From positions 9,784-73,783 of the forward strand of contig CAXXOI010000013.1 of NCBI GenBank assembly GCA_963664175.2: 64,000 nt of DNA. The letters are read 5' to 3'. Both the position numbers and the translations under genes were made by a program. Below the pieces are notes generated by a model. It was not told where the DNA came from. It saw nothing but the letters and a program-made list of their open reading frames with translations, and did not search any database. Every line of letters begins with the position of its first letter. The first letter of the stretch is position 1. Of this stretch, positions 21,401 through 30,235 are shown in pieces. The DNA comes from Dehalococcoidia bacterium (GTDB lineage Bacteria; Chloroflexota; Dehalococcoidia; Lucifugimonadales; UBA3495).

Positions 21401-24054
21401 AGCTGGTTGGACGAGGCCAGACATTGCTCTAGTGAGGTCCCAAGCCGGGAGAAACGGTCAATAAGACCCGGGTCTACCAGTATTTCACGACGCCTCGAGA
21501 ATTGGGGCATCCCGGATTGGGCAGGCGTAAGGAAGCCGTCGACCTTGGAAATCTCCTGCAATACCGCATCCCAGTCGGTATGACGCCCCGCCATCCGGTC
21601 GCCCATCGCAGTCGCCAGCCGTTCCCTCCTTGAGTCCCAGTTGGCGGTGAGTTCCTTGAATTCGGCAACCTCGGATACCGCCTGCAACTCTTGTAGGAAC
21701 GTAGTGCTCCCGGCCGCGCGCCTCAGTGATCTTACGGTTCTTCGGTCTACCCTGTAACCTCCACCGAAAATTCGTTTGAGCTTTGACTGATGATCGGTCC
21801 GAAACCGTCTGATCATCGAATCGTCAATCGCCTCCAAGGCGGCGGACTGGAATTCCGAAAGAATATGAGCCTCAACCTCCTCCAATCTTGCGACGTTTTC
21901 CCTTGCCTCTTGGATTTCTCTGGCCGCCTCATTTCTTCCCGCGGTGGTCAACCAGCTATTGGGAACCGGGTGCATTCCCTCGATGGCCGTTGACCAGACA
22001 GCCAAGTTCTGTAGATCGCTCCATACCGTTGGCTGGGGAACAGACAGGAACTCGGCCACCCGCTCACCGTTGGACAGTACCAGGGATAAGCATTCCTTGA
22101 TTTGCCGTAGTATCGAGGATATAGGACGATTTTCACTCACAATACCGCGTTTCCAAGAGTCCTTTAGCGTATTGTCAACACACTCACTCCGGCCCAGAAG
22201 TGCCTCCAATTCCATTGACAGCCGATCGTAGTTCAATTCCGATAAAGGGCTACCAAAGTACGGGCTGATATCGTCCAATAGTTCAGCCCTTGCGCTTTGA
22301 TTCCTTTTTTCGCGCATCGCCGTTTCTGTGAGGTACTTCAGTTGATCCGGCTCCAGCCAATCCCTGGGCACGCCAGGGCTGGATGATAGATGGAGAGCCA
22401 ACTTGGCCTGCGCAGCAACTCCACTAAACTTGTGCGGAGCAGGCAAGTGCAATTTGCCCGCAAGCTCAGATGTTGCAGTGATTACGCCTTCGAAGTAGCC
22501 GACGGCCTGTTGCATATCGGCTCTTATGGTGTCCGCGACTTCGAAAGTCGGTGTAGAGCTTCTTAGTGCCCACCACGGACTGGTCTGATGTTCTCTAAAC
22601 TCCTTGTCCCTCACTAGGATGCGTTCGGCTGCACTGATAATGGACGCAAGTCTTCTCCGGTCCAACTGTTCAATGTTGTCGACAGGAAATGGGATGTGAG
22701 GTGTGTCTCGGATGGAGGTCAGTCTGCCGAGGACAGTGAAAGCGCTCATTCCCAACGGCTGACGTTCCTCGTGCAGTGCCCTCACATAGTCATTGAGTTT
22801 CTTCCGGGCCTGCTCCAGGTCCTCAAATGGAAAGTCTGAGCGTCGTACTCTTCTCGGATCGTCAACTGCCTGTTTGAGCTGCTGATAAAAATTTGACTTG
22901 TTGCCACGCTCCCCATGCAGGTCAAGGCAAAACCCGCCTAACTGGCTTTCGTCCAACCGGTTCTTTACCACGTCCAGGGCAGCATTTTTCTCACTGACGA
23001 ACAGGACGGTCTTTCCCTGCGCAAGACTCGTCGCGATTATGTTTGCGATCGTCTGGCTCTTCCCCGTGCCCGGCGGACCGTATATGACCAAGTTATGCCC
23101 GTCTGCTGCGGCTTTGATCGCCACTAGCTGGCTGAAGTCTGCCGGAAGAACAGCGAATTGGTCCCTTACCTTGAGCAGGTCGTCCAGTCGTCCACCAGCC
23201 AGGTCCCGTTCCCGCGGTAGTGGAGGAAGACGATCCATGTCGCTGCTGGACTTGGGAAGATTGACCCCGGCTAGGGTAGCGATCATGTCATTCCCGGTTG
23301 GGTTGTCCTTAATCGACTCCAAGTCATGCCACATGGCCAGCTTCGAGTATGAGAATACGGAAAGGAAGACGGTATCGTTGACAGTCCAGTGCGCTCTTTG
23401 GCTGAGCGCCTTGCGGTAGTGGTCCAGGCATTCGCCTGGAGTTTCCTCTTCGAAGTTCAGTTCCGGCAGGTCTATTCCGAAGTCGTTTCTCAGTTTCGCT
23501 GACAGCGTTGAGTTGGGGACAAGGACGTCGTCGATACACCGTAGAGTGAAGGGGCTTCGGGGCGAATTTCGGTCCAGCTCACAGGGGAGGAGCAGAAGGG
23601 GAGACTGGAGAGCATGTCCGTCGATGTCCTCCCACTCAAGCACGCCAAGAGCCAAGTACAGTACCGACAGGCCCTGTTCATCGCGAAACTCGTTCGCTCG
23701 GCGCATGAGGTTGCGAAGTCGCCTCTGGAGTTCAGGAACAGGGCAATCACCAATCAAGTCGCCCGAGATGAAATGTGAAGCGGTCTCCTCGTCATCGGTA
23801 CTCTCGGGGTCATCCGCCTGGTTATTCCGCAAAGCGATCACGGGTTCCGCATAATCGAAACCCAACCCTGCAGATACATTCAGGAGCGAGGAAAAAATGG
23901 CATCCGGAGCCCAGTTCGTTATCCTTACTGCGCTTCTGCCAGGGCGAAAATTCAGCAAATTGTTACGCCGGTCCAACTGAAGCAACCTGTTTTGCCAGCC
24001 GTTCACCACGGCGGTAATCTGTGCGCTTATCGATTCCAATTCAGATGCATCCAT
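18451..24054 (-). CDS. 1867-aa DUF4011 / Upf1-DNA2-like SF1 helicase / Vsr(DUF559)-like endonuclease / DUF3320 protein (Hhe-like single-gene defence candidate)
   Basis: LLQLDRRNNLLNFRPG (DUF4011-like), IYGPPGTGKSQTIANII, VVIFDEASQV, LNVVVSRARRRMDVV, GYRIDLAI...LGIECDGWQYHS...GWRILRIWS (Vsr/DUF559-type), and a C-terminal VVKVEGPVPIEAVLDRI (DUF3320-like). Confidence 0.85.
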   Translation of the reverse strand: MDASELESISAQITAVVNGWQNRLLQLDRRNNLLNFRPGRSAVRITNWAPDAIFSSLLNVSAGLGFDYAEPVIALRNNQADDPESTDDEETASHFISGDLIGDCPVPELQRRLRNLMRRANEFRDEQGLSVLYLALGVLEWEDIDGHALQSPLLLLPCELDRNSPRSPFTLRCIDDVLVPNSTLSAKLRNDFGIDLPELNFEEETPGECLDHYRKALSQRAHWTVNDTVFLSVFSYSKLAMWHDLESIKDNPTGNDMIATLAGVNLPKSSSDMDRLPPLPRERDLAGGRLDDLLKVRDQFAVLPADFSQLVAIKAAADGHNLVIYGPPGTGKSQTIANIIATSLAQGKTVLFVSEKNAALDVVKNRLDESQLGGFCLDLHGERGNKSNFYQQLKQAVDDPRRVRRSDFPFEDLEQARKKLNDYVRALHEERQPLGMSAFTVLGRLTSIRDTPHIPFPVDNIEQLDRRRLASIISAAERILVRDKEFREHQTSPWWALRSSTPTFEVADTIRADMQQAVGYFEGVITATSELAGKLHLPAPHKFSGVAAQAKLALHLSSSPGVPRDWLEPDQLKYLTETAMREKRNQSARAELLDDISPYFGSPLSELNYDRLSMELEALLGRSECVDNTLKDSWKRGIVSENRPISSILRQIKECLSLVLSNGERVAEFLSVPQPTVWSDLQNLAVWSTAIEGMHPVPNSWLTTAGRNEAAREIQEARENVARLEEVEAHILSEFQSAALEAIDDSMIRRFRTDHQSKLKRIFGGGYRVDRRTVRSLRRAAGSTTFLQELQAVSEVAEFKELTANWDSRRERLATAMGDRMAGRHTDWDAVLQEISKVDGFLTPAQSGMPQFSRRREILVDPGLIDRFSRLGTSLEQCLASSNQLHCSQLNTQVGQKLSNDVLNLKNYTEQLDEALGIVERIEKVVESSVDTSRGTIPDVVHLKNLLKKGSSVRRLEGENTERQVDLQLGFGARYRDFDTDWTEIEESLDWARHLIGLRPTADFSSSLIQQVEHPMPASAYRETAEHATATVDRMWMLLESLEERYDLAFTPFAEGEETDFDHALQWLKRLAAEADSAGDWLTYQGAVSDLDNHIGSGTTSRIREATDDSSVVPLVIQRRLWTAWLDWLNSQEPELAQFGTSEHATHADRFRDLDQRLVDTAQNEIRKRVFQSYPDLRVGTSGTSDLAIMRRELSKQRRQWSVRRLLQNIPRLVQVLKPCFLVSPLAVSQSLPPDLDFDVVIFDEASQVFPEDAIPAVRRGKQVVFAGDQKQLPPSSFFRAQAQEEEGYDEDGYEEPQDRLAGQESILDVAIGLAGSVFSEAHLSVHYRSKHDSLIRFSNHYYYDDRLLTFPSPSQSDGNSWEGVHDIHIPEGRYDAGATRTNRAEAERVADLVFEHMRSRPAHESLGVVALSRAQADHIDRLIENRRLNGRDVDHRFAADLDEPFFVKNLENVQGDERDRIIVSIGYGPTQESGATPNRFGPLNTPGGERRLNVVVSRARRRMDVVHSLLPSAITSDRTGPRMLKRYLEYAEAPNRAIVGQVTVDPEAEPDSPFEESVEKALLARGYRIHRQVGVAGYRIDLAIMSEDSDGYDLGIECDGWQYHSAPAARDRDWQRQQVLEGLGWRILRIWSTAWAKNPDAEIKRVEEALIASRSSFTVTAEAPADFYPTPASDLEEFEVMQPEASKLELAQYQKAPLPRTGSRYGIADESVNVLTELVGTVVKVEGPVPIEAVLDRIKECYYSERLSATARGRVFRLIDHLVGQGTLHRAEDFVWVDDEQLERQPRTACDRKIEYVPPGELRAVIVETVRAMFGTPRSELIREVARVYGFGRAGSKINSAISLRVQELCDEELLVEEFGRIRVAE

Positions 24055-24177
24055 TCCTGACTGATCCTCTGACAGGACCGGCTGATTACCATGACTCCTC
24101 GAATCGCTCGGGCAGCCAGGGCGATCTGCTGACCTTCAACTTTCCTTTGACAATCTCCCGGCATTTCAAGGCCGCGG

Positions 24178-24930
24178 TCAGGTCAGCCACTTGAGGGCCT
24201 CCCCGGCTGACTCGCCCCTGGTGTAACGGGCCACCATGTTGCCATTCTTCCACCGGCCTTGGCGCTGCACCGCAGCGTTGGGCGCTCCGGCAGCCACCAT
24301 CCGCCGGGCCATGCCGATGCGGCCGCTGTGCCCCGTGAACCCGTCGCCCAGGCCAGCGGCCCGTGCCGCGGCACGGACCCGGTTGGCCAAGGCCTCGCCG
24401 GTCAGTCCGAACACCGCAGCTGCGGGGTCGCTGTCCTTGGGCAAGATCTCCTGCAAGGCGCGGGCGGTGCTTTCCGTGAATGCCACAGTGGGTGGTGCGG
24501 GCTGGTTCTTGCCCTTCTGGACCGTGATGCGTCCGGTGCCGTCGTCCCAAAGTTCCACGTCGCCCCAGGACAGAGCCGCGGCCTCGGAGCGCCGGAGCCC
24601 GCCGTCGGCCAGGACCCCGATGATGGCCAGGTCCAGGGCGGCACGCTTGTTGGCAGTCTCCGCTGTTTCCAGCCGCCTTGACCGTGTGGGTCTGGCCCTT
24701 GTCTGCGTTCCGGACTCGGCAATCATGAGGCGGGGCCGATGATACAGCAGCACTATGGTGGCGTTGTACACCCGGTGGCTGGAATGAGGACCACGAGCCA
24801 GCTCCGTACTTGATACAGGGACTGCAACGCCATGCGCCATTGCCAACACGCGCTGGGAGCGCCTCCGGGGCGAATTGCCGTCCTTCCCAGACCGAGGGTG
24901 CGTGGCTTCGGCAGAGGAGCAGGCCGCCAA
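24178..24930 (-). CDS. Tyrosine recombinase catalytic domain protein, probably N-terminally truncated
   Basis: GGLRRSEAAALSWGDV (Arg), GHSGRIGMARRM (HxxR), NMVARYTRGE (Tyr). No convincing core-binding domain. The upstream part overlaps the read-through of the LRR gene. Confidence 0.65.
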   Translation of the reverse strand: MAACSSAEATHPRSGKDGNSPRRRSQRVLAMAHGVAVPVSSTELARGPHSSHRVYNATIVLLYHRPRLMIAESGTQTRARPTRSRRLETAETANKRAALDLAIIGVLADGGLRRSEAAALSWGDVELWDDGTGRITVQKGKNQPAPPTVAFTESTARALQEILPKDSDPAAAVFGLTGEALANRVRAAARAAGLGDGFTGHSGRIGMARRMVAAGAPNAAVQRQGRWKNGNMVARYTRGESAGEALKWLT

Positions 24931-26053
24931 GGTTGCCCACCAACTTGTCGTCCAGGCTGCTCGTCACGCACCCGATCAAGTCGTTGCTGCCGAGCTTCAG
25001 CTCTACTAGGTTGGCGAGGCTGCCCAGCTCCGCCGGTATCTCTCCACTCAACTGATTATTCCTGAGGTTCAGATTTGTCAGTCTGGGGAAGTTGCTCAGC
25101 CACGGTGGTATCTCCCCGGTCAAGGCGTTGTTGCCGAGACCCAAGAATGCCAGGTTGATAAGGCTGCCCAATTCTGGCGGAATTTCCCCGCTCAAGTCGT
25201 TGTCGCCGAGGTCCAGCACCTCCAGGTTGGAGAGGCTGTTCAGCGCCGGCGGTATCTCCCCACTCAACCGATTGTTATAGATGACCAGCTCTGTCAGGTT
25301 GGAGAGGCTGCGCAACTCCGGCGGTATCTCCCCGCTTAACTGGTTCCAGTTGAGGTACAGGCGTGCCAGGTTGGAGAGGCTGCCCAACTCCAGTGGTTTC
25401 TCCCCGCTCAACTAGTTCCCACCAAGGCCCAGAACTGTCAGGTTGGAGAGGTCGCCCAGCTCCAGTGGTATCTCCCCGTTCAAATCGTTGTGTTCGAGGT
25501 TTAGATATTTCAGGTTGGAGAGGTTGCCCAACTGGGGCGGTGTCTCCCCGCTCAACTGGTTCGCGGCGAGGTGCAGCTGTTTCAAGTCGACTAGGTTGCC
25601 CAGGTGCGGTGAAATCGGCCCAGCCAGCTGGTTATGGTTGAGCAACAATGCGATCACCCGTCCCGTGTCGTCAGTGACAACAAGGTCCCATTCCTCCAAG
25701 GGTGCGTCGCTAAGCCAGTTTGTGTTGTTCTTCCAGTTTGGGCCGTTTGTGGCATGGTAGAGGGCGACCAGGGCTTCCCGGTCTGTTTCGGTGGAGCCAG
25801 AAGCGGAAGGCAACGCCATAGCCGGTGCACCGGTGGGAGTGGGCGAGGCCCCTGACCCTGGCGTGGAACGCGTCTGTGCGGGGGAGGCCTGCGTCTCCGA
25901 ATCACCAATGGGCCGTTCAGAGTCGGGCAGGTCTGTCGGTTCGGCGGTGGCCCGTTCCGAGGATGGCACAGCCGTCGGCTGATCAGGACCGGCGCAGGCC
26001 AGCAGCAGCAGTGTCAAGGCAAAGCTTCCCAGGAAAAGTGGTGATGTTCTCAT
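24931..26053 (-). pseudogene. Leucine-rich-repeat lipoprotein (24-residue LSGEIPPELGxLxNL repeats), interrupted
   Basis: Start ATG at 26053 gives MRTSPLFLGSFALTLLLLACAG (lipobox). In-frame TAG at 25412-25414 within GGN*LSGE (the repeat consensus has Q). The expected C-terminal ...LGGLLLC is followed by read-through into unrelated DNA (track ORF 24086..25411). Confidence 0.7.
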
Positions 26054-26573
26054 ATCGCCGCAGTTCCTGCGTTTGCTTGGCCTTGGTGGTGCGGCGTGTT
26101 CGCATTCTAGCACTCGCCGGGGAATTCCCTGCCTCCGCACCCTGCACACCGGAGTCAACGACCCAGACAGTTTACCCGTCTGGCGTCCGTTTCGACTCCG
26201 CCGGTGGCAGTGGCTTGCTGTGTCCCATGGGAGCGCCAATGTCAAAAACACCCACCCGGGAGAGAATGCCTGATCCACACTCCAGCGGACGGGGGCAATT
26301 TCCCCTCGGAAGTAGCGTCGTTGCAGTCGGTCGTCAACGGTCAGGAGACGAGGCCCGTTCAGTCCACCGGGTTACGTCTGGCAGTCAGGGGACCGGTTGC
26401 GCTAACCGCTATTTCAGAGTTTTAAGGGGCCATCTCCCGTGTGCGAGACTATGGTCAGGACTCCCGGGTGCAGGGATTGTTCCACGCGACAACGAAAATG
26501 AAAGTTGACGTTGAACACCCCGCGCGCATGCCCGAAACCCCACTGTTTGATTCGTCGTTGTAACATTGGGTAA

Positions 26574-26891
26574 ATGGCCAGAAAAGTGTCGGTCAAATGC
26601 GCCATCGCTGATTGCCACTACCATCGGAAGATGACCCTCGCCGAACGCGAGGAACTGAGGCGGGTGGGACGGGAGAACAACGCCGCGGCGGGCCTAGTCT
26701 GCCCGGCCCACGTGAAGGCTGCCTTCAACTTCGAATTCAACGATATCGACATCGATGTTCCCCTGGAGGAACTCCTAGTCGAGGCAGCCAAGAACACTCC
26801 CCGTTGGCGTGTGATCTTGACCCCGCTGGCGTGGGCGGCGGGTGAGCCAGACAGCTGGTCCACGCCAGGGCAGGGAGACAGGGTTATCTAG
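26574..26891 (+). CDS. Hypothetical protein (105 aa)
   Basis: ORF track only. Contains CAIADCHYH...CPAH. No family recognised. Confidence 0.35.
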   Translation: MARKVSVKCAIADCHYHRKMTLAEREELRRVGRENNAAAGLVCPAHVKAAFNFEFNDIDIDVPLEELLVEAAKNTPRWRVILTPLAWAAGEPDSWSTPGQGDRVI

Positions 26892-27029
26892 CCCATCCAC
26901 GCCGTCCCGCAACTCCCGGGTGAGGTCAGGCGATCTCAGACTGTAATGACCGGACGGTCTGGCCATATCCGGCGCGAGGGATCCATGTGGCTATAATGCT
27001 GGCAGCATTCGGAACAGGAGCCTTCGATT

Positions 27030-27194
27030 ATGGCCACGACCCCAGAATCCGTTGCCATCTACTGCCTGAAGTGCCGGGCCAAGACCGGCTCGAGGGATGT
27101 TGAACAGGTGACCATGAAGAATGGACGCCCGGCCCTTCGCGCTGTCTGCACCGTGTGCGGCACAGGCAAGTACCGCATCGGCTTCGCCGGATGA
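27030..27194 (+). CDS. Small zinc-ribbon protein (DUF5679-like, 54 aa)
   Basis: Below the ORF-track cutoff. Manual translation gives MATTPESVAIYCLKCRAKTGSRDVEQVTMKNGRPALRAVCTVCGTGKYRIGFAG, with two CxxC pairs and a GGAG-like site upstream. Confidence 0.6.
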   Translation: MATTPESVAIYCLKCRAKTGSRDVEQVTMKNGRPALRAVCTVCGTGKYRIGFAG

Positions 27195-27303
27195 ACCTGG
27201 CAGAGGTCCAGTTCATCGCGCTGGCTACCGTGTGCGGCACAGGCAAGTACCGCATCGGCTTCGCCGGATGAACCTGGCAGAGGTCCAGTTCATCGCGCTG
27301 GCT
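27150..27303. repeat. Perfect tandem duplication, 2 x 77 bp
   Basis: 27150-27226 and 27227-27303 are identical by eye. They cover the last 45 nt of the zinc-ribbon CDS plus 32 nt downstream. Confidence 0.95.
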
Positions 27304-27565
27304 TGTGCTTGCCTCAAAGGCAGAAATCCCAGCGAGGAGCCGCCATAGAGGAACATCAGCATCTGCGGGACGTAGCACAATGCGACGGCAATCACCGGCA
27401 ATGGGCGATTCACCGCCGAAGGCGTCAGGACCGAACTCAGCCTTTTGTATCCTGACACTCCAGCCTCGATTCAGTACAAGACTCCTCGCAGGCCAGCAAC
27501 CGCTTGGGAAACGGTTCTGCCAAGGACGTCGGTTGCATTAAATCTCACCGGAAAGGACGGCAATC

Positions 27566-28024
27566 ATGGAAACTTACATCGGAAAGGCGATTTCCGATTT
27601 CACCCTTCAGTCCAGCGATGGACGGACGATATCCCTTTGCAGCCTTCGCGGACAAAAGGTTCTGCTGTACTTCTTCACGAATCCGGGAGGTGGCAATTGA
27701 ACCCGCATGGCTCTTGGGTACCGAGAGCATGCTGCCAAGTTCACGGGGAAGAACGTCGTGGTGTTCGGAATCCATGACGGGAGCTTGGATACTGCCCGTC
27801 AGTGGGTCGAGAGAGAGCAGCTTCCGTTCGCGGTCCTGAACGACCCCGATAGACGAGTAGGAATTGAGTTGGGCATGTCCGCTCCAGGTGGAGAAAGGTA
27901 CGTCAAAGACCCGTCAGAGGGTAAAAGGCCCGCAGTTGTCATCGACGAACACGGTGTGATCTGTGAGTGGGAACCCGACATGAACCACACCGATCAGATT
28001 GCAGCATTGCTGGAGCGTCTGTAG
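27566..28024 (+). CDS. BCP/PrxQ-like peroxiredoxin with in-frame TGA (27698-27700) at the peroxidatic Cys position; candidate selenoprotein
   Basis: ATG at 27566 after GAAAGGA. METYIGKAISDFTLQSSDGRTISLCSLRGQKVLLYFFTNPGGGN[TGA]TRMALGYREHAAKF...VVVFGIHDGS... is in frame with track ORF 27707..28024. It aligns with E. coli Bcp [23 protein letters not shown] so that the TGA falls on Cys. Confidence 0.65.
27705..27732 (+). promoter_or_regulatory. SECIS-like hairpin 5 nt downstream of the peroxiredoxin TGA
   Basis: GCAUG(G)CUCUU-GGGUACC-GAGAGCAUGC: a stem of about 10 bp with one bulged G. The apical G residues lie 16-18 nt after the UGA. Confidence 0.5.
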
Positions 28025-28151
28025 GACGACCACAATAGTGCGGGATTTTGTACTGTTGCCCGCGCTTGTGCAGCCGGCATTTCGGCATTCGGCCTGGACT
28101 GTGGCTCAGCAGACCGATGAGGACCATGTAGGATGTGGCGAGACCCTAACG

Positions 28152-29398
28152 CTAAGCATGGAGTTCCGACCCTCTTCCTGTCCCCCTCTCCGAAAGCCTT
28201 TTCCCCAGCATCGTGTTGCGCTCCCCGGGTCGGCCGTTGCGCACCGCCATTGCCAATGCCTTCCGGCTTTCGACAGCCAAGTCTAGCCTCCTCCCCCTGG
28301 TGATCGCGGTGTGCAACAGGTTGCGCCGCAGAATCGGGTAGTGTTGCGACAGAAACGGGGCCACCACCGCGGGAAACTCGCTGCCCTGGGTCCGGTGCAC
28401 CGTCATCGCGAAGGAGGGCTGCAGCCAGTCCAGTTCCGAGAAATCGTAGTCCACGCCGGTTTTCTCGAAAGTGACAGCGATCCGGCCAGCGGCGAGGCCC
28501 ACCCCGGCCACCCGGCCCAGGTCGCCGTTGAACACATCCTTGTCGTAGTTGTTGACCGTCTGGACCACACGGTCGCCCACCCGAAGGTCCGTCCGAATCG
28601 TGTTACCTCGGTCCCCGCCGGGTTGAGGGCCTCCCGGAGCCTGTCGTTGAGCTGATGGACGCCGACGGCCCCCCGGTTCATGGGACACAGCACCTGGACG
28701 TCCCTGATGGGGTGCATGCCGAACCGCGCCGCAATCCGTTCCGCGCATAGGCGAACGACGGCGTTGGCCTCGGTCTGTGGGTCATCGGCTTCCACGAAGT
28801 AGAAGTCCCCCTGGGAGCCGCTGGATCCGAGAAAAGGCAGGAGTCCCCGTTTGACCCGGTGGGCCGCCTCTACAAATTCGCTCCGGTCCCCGTCGCTCCG
28901 TCCCCCCTGACGGAAAATCCGTTCCAGGCGTTTGAAGGGGACAACTCCGGACTCGAGGACGTCCCCAAGGAACTTGCCGGGCCCGACGGGGGGTAGCTGG
29001 TCCGCATCTCCCACGAACAGCACCGAGGCCTGGCGGGACACGGCCTGCAGGAGGTGGTGGCACAGCACGATGTCCAGCATCGACGTCTCGTCGATCACCA
29101 CGGCATCGGCGTCCAGCGGGCGCTCGGCGTCCCGTCCGCACCGGCCCTCCCCGGGCTTGAACTCCAGCAGACGGTGCAGCGTCTGGGCCTCGGGGCCGAC
29201 AGCCTCGCACAGGCGCTTGGCCGCTCTCCCGGTGGGGGCCGCCAATGCCACCCGCTGGCCGAGGGCCTCGAGGACCGATATCACGGCGCGCAGTATGGTT
29301 GTCTTGCCGGTCCCAGGCCCGCCTGTCAGGACGAAGACCTTTTGCGAAACGGTCTTGTGGACCGCCTGCCTCTGTTCCCCGGTCAGCTCCATTCCCAT
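28152..29398 (-). pseudogene. recD2: RecD2-type SF1B helicase, helicase-domain portion, frameshifted
   Basis: LTGEQRQAV...VLTGGPGTGKTT...VVIDETSMLD...VGDADQLPPVG in ORF 28403..29398. It continues after a frameshift near 28620 in ORF 28152..28748 (DRVVQTVNNYDKDVFNGDLG...AMTVHRTQGSEFP...LLHTAITRGRR). Confidence 0.85.
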
Positions 29399-29402
29399 CC
29401 GG

Positions 29403-30141
<739 letters not shown>

Positions 30142-30235
30142 CCCTTTGGTACAAAAGACCGTCAATAGGGACCGCTCCAGCACAGGTTTGATCAAAGGGT
30201 GGATGCCTGGCGCCAACCGATGTATCTGCAGATAC

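Noticed and set aside
24086-25411. 441-aa ORF that would fuse LRR repeats to a long Arg/Gly/Pro-rich tail
   Set aside because: Only the first ~160 aa are LRR-like. The remainder is the out-of-frame shadow of the tyrosine recombinase gene 24178..24930. I interpret it as read-through after loss of the native LRR gene end.
25412-25414. Possible TAG/TAA stop-codon reassignment or pyrrolysine, because in-frame TAG/TAA occur in several genes (25412, 17907, 29536, 2759, 2819)
   Set aside because: All affected genes are mobile-element or island genes with additional frameshifts. Intact genes such as res and vapC terminate at TAG. No pyl genes or PYLIS-like context were seen. Ordinary pseudogenisation is the simpler explanation.
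27707-28024. Stand-alone 105-aa ORF as listed in the track
   Set aside because: It would start in the middle of a thioredoxin fold. The upstream in-frame sequence back to ATG 27566 supplies the missing N-terminal strands, separated only by the TGA, so it is called as one UGA-containing CDS.
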